A DNA stretch of 64,000 bases from Gammaproteobacteria bacterium (GTDB taxonomy: Bacteria > Pseudomonadota > Gammaproteobacteria > Eutrophobiales > Eutrophobiaceae): positions 4,932 to 68,931 of the forward strand of contig JAPOQU010000095.1 in the NCBI GenBank assembly GCA_026710545.1. Reading direction: 5' to 3'. Made by a program: the position numbers and the translations under genes. Every line of letters begins with the position of its first letter. Positions within the stretch are counted from its first letter, which is position 1. A model generated the notes under the pieces. It made no database searches and had not been told where the DNA came from. It worked only from the letters and a program-made list of their open reading frames with translations. Of this stretch, positions 62,690 to 64,000 are shown one piece after another.

Positions 62690-64000
62690 ATGAGTGCAAA
62701 CATGGCGGACAATATGCAGGTTAACCCGATTATCGGGGCCTCCGTCCCGCGCATTGAAGGACCGGAAAAGGCGTCCGGGAGGGCCATTTACACGGACGAC
62801 ATTACGCGTCCCGGCATGTTGCACGCGGCCTTGCTCGGCAGCCATTACGCCCACGCCAGGATCCTGTCTGTCGACACTTCCGCAGCCAGGGCGTTGCCCG
62901 GCGTCAAGGCGGTACTGGTGGGAACGGACCTGCCGCACAACTACATCGGCATGTTCATCAAGGACCAGCTTCCCCTGGCGCGGGACAAGGTCCGCTACAG
63001 CGGCGAACCGGTTGCGGCCGTGGCGGCAATCGATGTGCAAACGGCGCGGCGGGCACTGCGGCTTATCGAGATTGAATACGAAGAACTCGAACCCGTGACG
63101 GATATTGAAGAGGCATTGAAACCGGGCGCGACGGTCATCCATGAACAACGCGACGAATACCCCACCATGTATGAACTGCCCCGGGAGCCGAACGCAATCT
63201 GTTTCACCGAGTTCATGGAAGGCGACCCCAGTTCGGCCTGGGACCAATGCGACGTCATCGTGGAAGACGAATACCAGGTACCGGCCCAGTACCACATGTA
63301 TATGGAACCCAGTTCTACCGTGGCGGAAATGGACGGCAACGGCAAGGTCACAGTCTGGACGTCAACGCAAGGCGTCGCCCGCTCCCAGATGTACACCGCC
63401 CTGGCGATGGGGTTGCCCATGTCGAAGGTGCGGGTCATTGCCCCGCGCATCGGCGGGGGCTTCGGCGGCAAGTGTGAGTTTACCAACCAGCCCATTACCG
63501 CGCTGCTGGCGCAGGCGACGGGCCGCCCGGTCAAGCTGACGTTTTCCCGGGAAGACGACATGACCATGATGAAACGCCGTCACGGCGGCAGGATTTACAT
63601 GAAAACCGGCGCTACGAAGGACGGCACCCTGGTGGCCCGTGATTGCCGCATCGTCCTCGACGGCGGCGCCTATGCCGATGAGAGCCCGGAAGTCTCCCCG
63701 GTGGCGGCTTTTTTCAGCCAGGGACCGTACCGGATCCCGAACATGCGGGTGGAAGCCTGGTCGGTATACACCAACCTGTCCCGCGCCAGCGCGTTCCGCG
63801 GGTTCGGCAACCCCCAGGCTACGTTTGCCAGTGAATCCCAGCTGGATGACCTGGCGGAGCAACTGGGGATGGACCCTGTGGAACTGCGCCTTGCCAACGC
63901 GCTGGAGCAGGACGATAAATTTTTCTGCGGCAAGACCATCGAGAAGGCCACCATGAAGGCCTGCCTGGAAAAGGTGCGGGACGCCTCAGACTGGGCCGGC
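62690..64000 (+). CDS. xanthine-dehydrogenase-family molybdopterin-binding large subunit (set 3), 3'-truncated by the window end
   Basis: Not in the ORF track because it is open-ended. ATG at 62690 follows AAGGAGAG. My translation reads MSANMADNMQVNPIIGASVPRIEGPEKASGRAIYTDD...RIGGGFGGK...FRGFGNPQATFA. Confidence 0.85.
   Translation, partial: MSANMADNMQVNPIIGASVPRIEGPEKASGRAIYTDDITRPGMLHAALLGSHYAHARILSVDTSAARALPGVKAVLVGTDLPHNYIGMFIKDQLPLARDKVRYSGEPVAAVAAIDVQTARRALRLIEIEYEELEPVTDIEEALKPGATVIHEQRDEYPTMYELPREPNAICFTEFMEGDPSSAWDQCDVIVEDEYQVPAQYHMYMEPSSTVAEMDGNGKVTVWTSTQGVARSQMYTALAMGLPMSKVRVIAPRIGGGFGGKCEFTNQPITALLAQATGRPVKLTFSREDDMTMMKRRHGGRIYMKTGATKDGTLVARDCRIVLDGGAYADESPEVSPVAAFFSQGPYRIPNMRVEAWSVYTNLSRASAFRGFGNPQATFASESQLDDLAEQLGMDPVELRLANALEQDDKFFCGKTIEKATMKACLEKVRDASDWAG

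Overview
This 64-kb window looks like a chromosomal segment from a fairly GC-rich Gram-negative bacterium. Tat and lipoprotein signals, a YceI/cytochrome b561 pair and a TonB-dependent-receptor remnant support this, and the style is that of a marine gammaproteobacterium. All calls rest on reading the supplied translations and the DNA by eye; no searches were run.

About 80% of the window is densely packed catabolic genes:
- three Rieske oxygenase alpha subunits, an extradiol dioxygenase, amidase, formamidase, cyclase and isochorismatase-type hydrolases, an LLM monooxygenase and KorAB;
- three paralogous xanthine-dehydrogenase/CODH-family molybdenum hydroxylase gene sets.

These genes are peppered with two short palindromic repeat families.

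Two visibly AT-richer accessory insertions interrupt this backbone.

1. About 38.1-48.8 kb: no integrase is visible. It holds a truncated Fic-like fragment, an XRE regulator with operator arrays, an HNH / DUF6884-like / PD-(D/E)xK-like three-gene operon, AT-rich secreted proteins, and at least four toxin-antitoxin (TA) modules (HigBA remnant, two RES-Xre, HepT-MNT) plus a possible PIN remnant, interspersed with 87-bp and 25-bp direct repeats.

2. About 55.8-58.65 kb: a gene-fusion scar next to a translationally coupled ABC-type ATPase and a small Cys-rich nuclease-like protein.

The ATPase pair and the HNH operon are the best candidates for an undescribed defence system.
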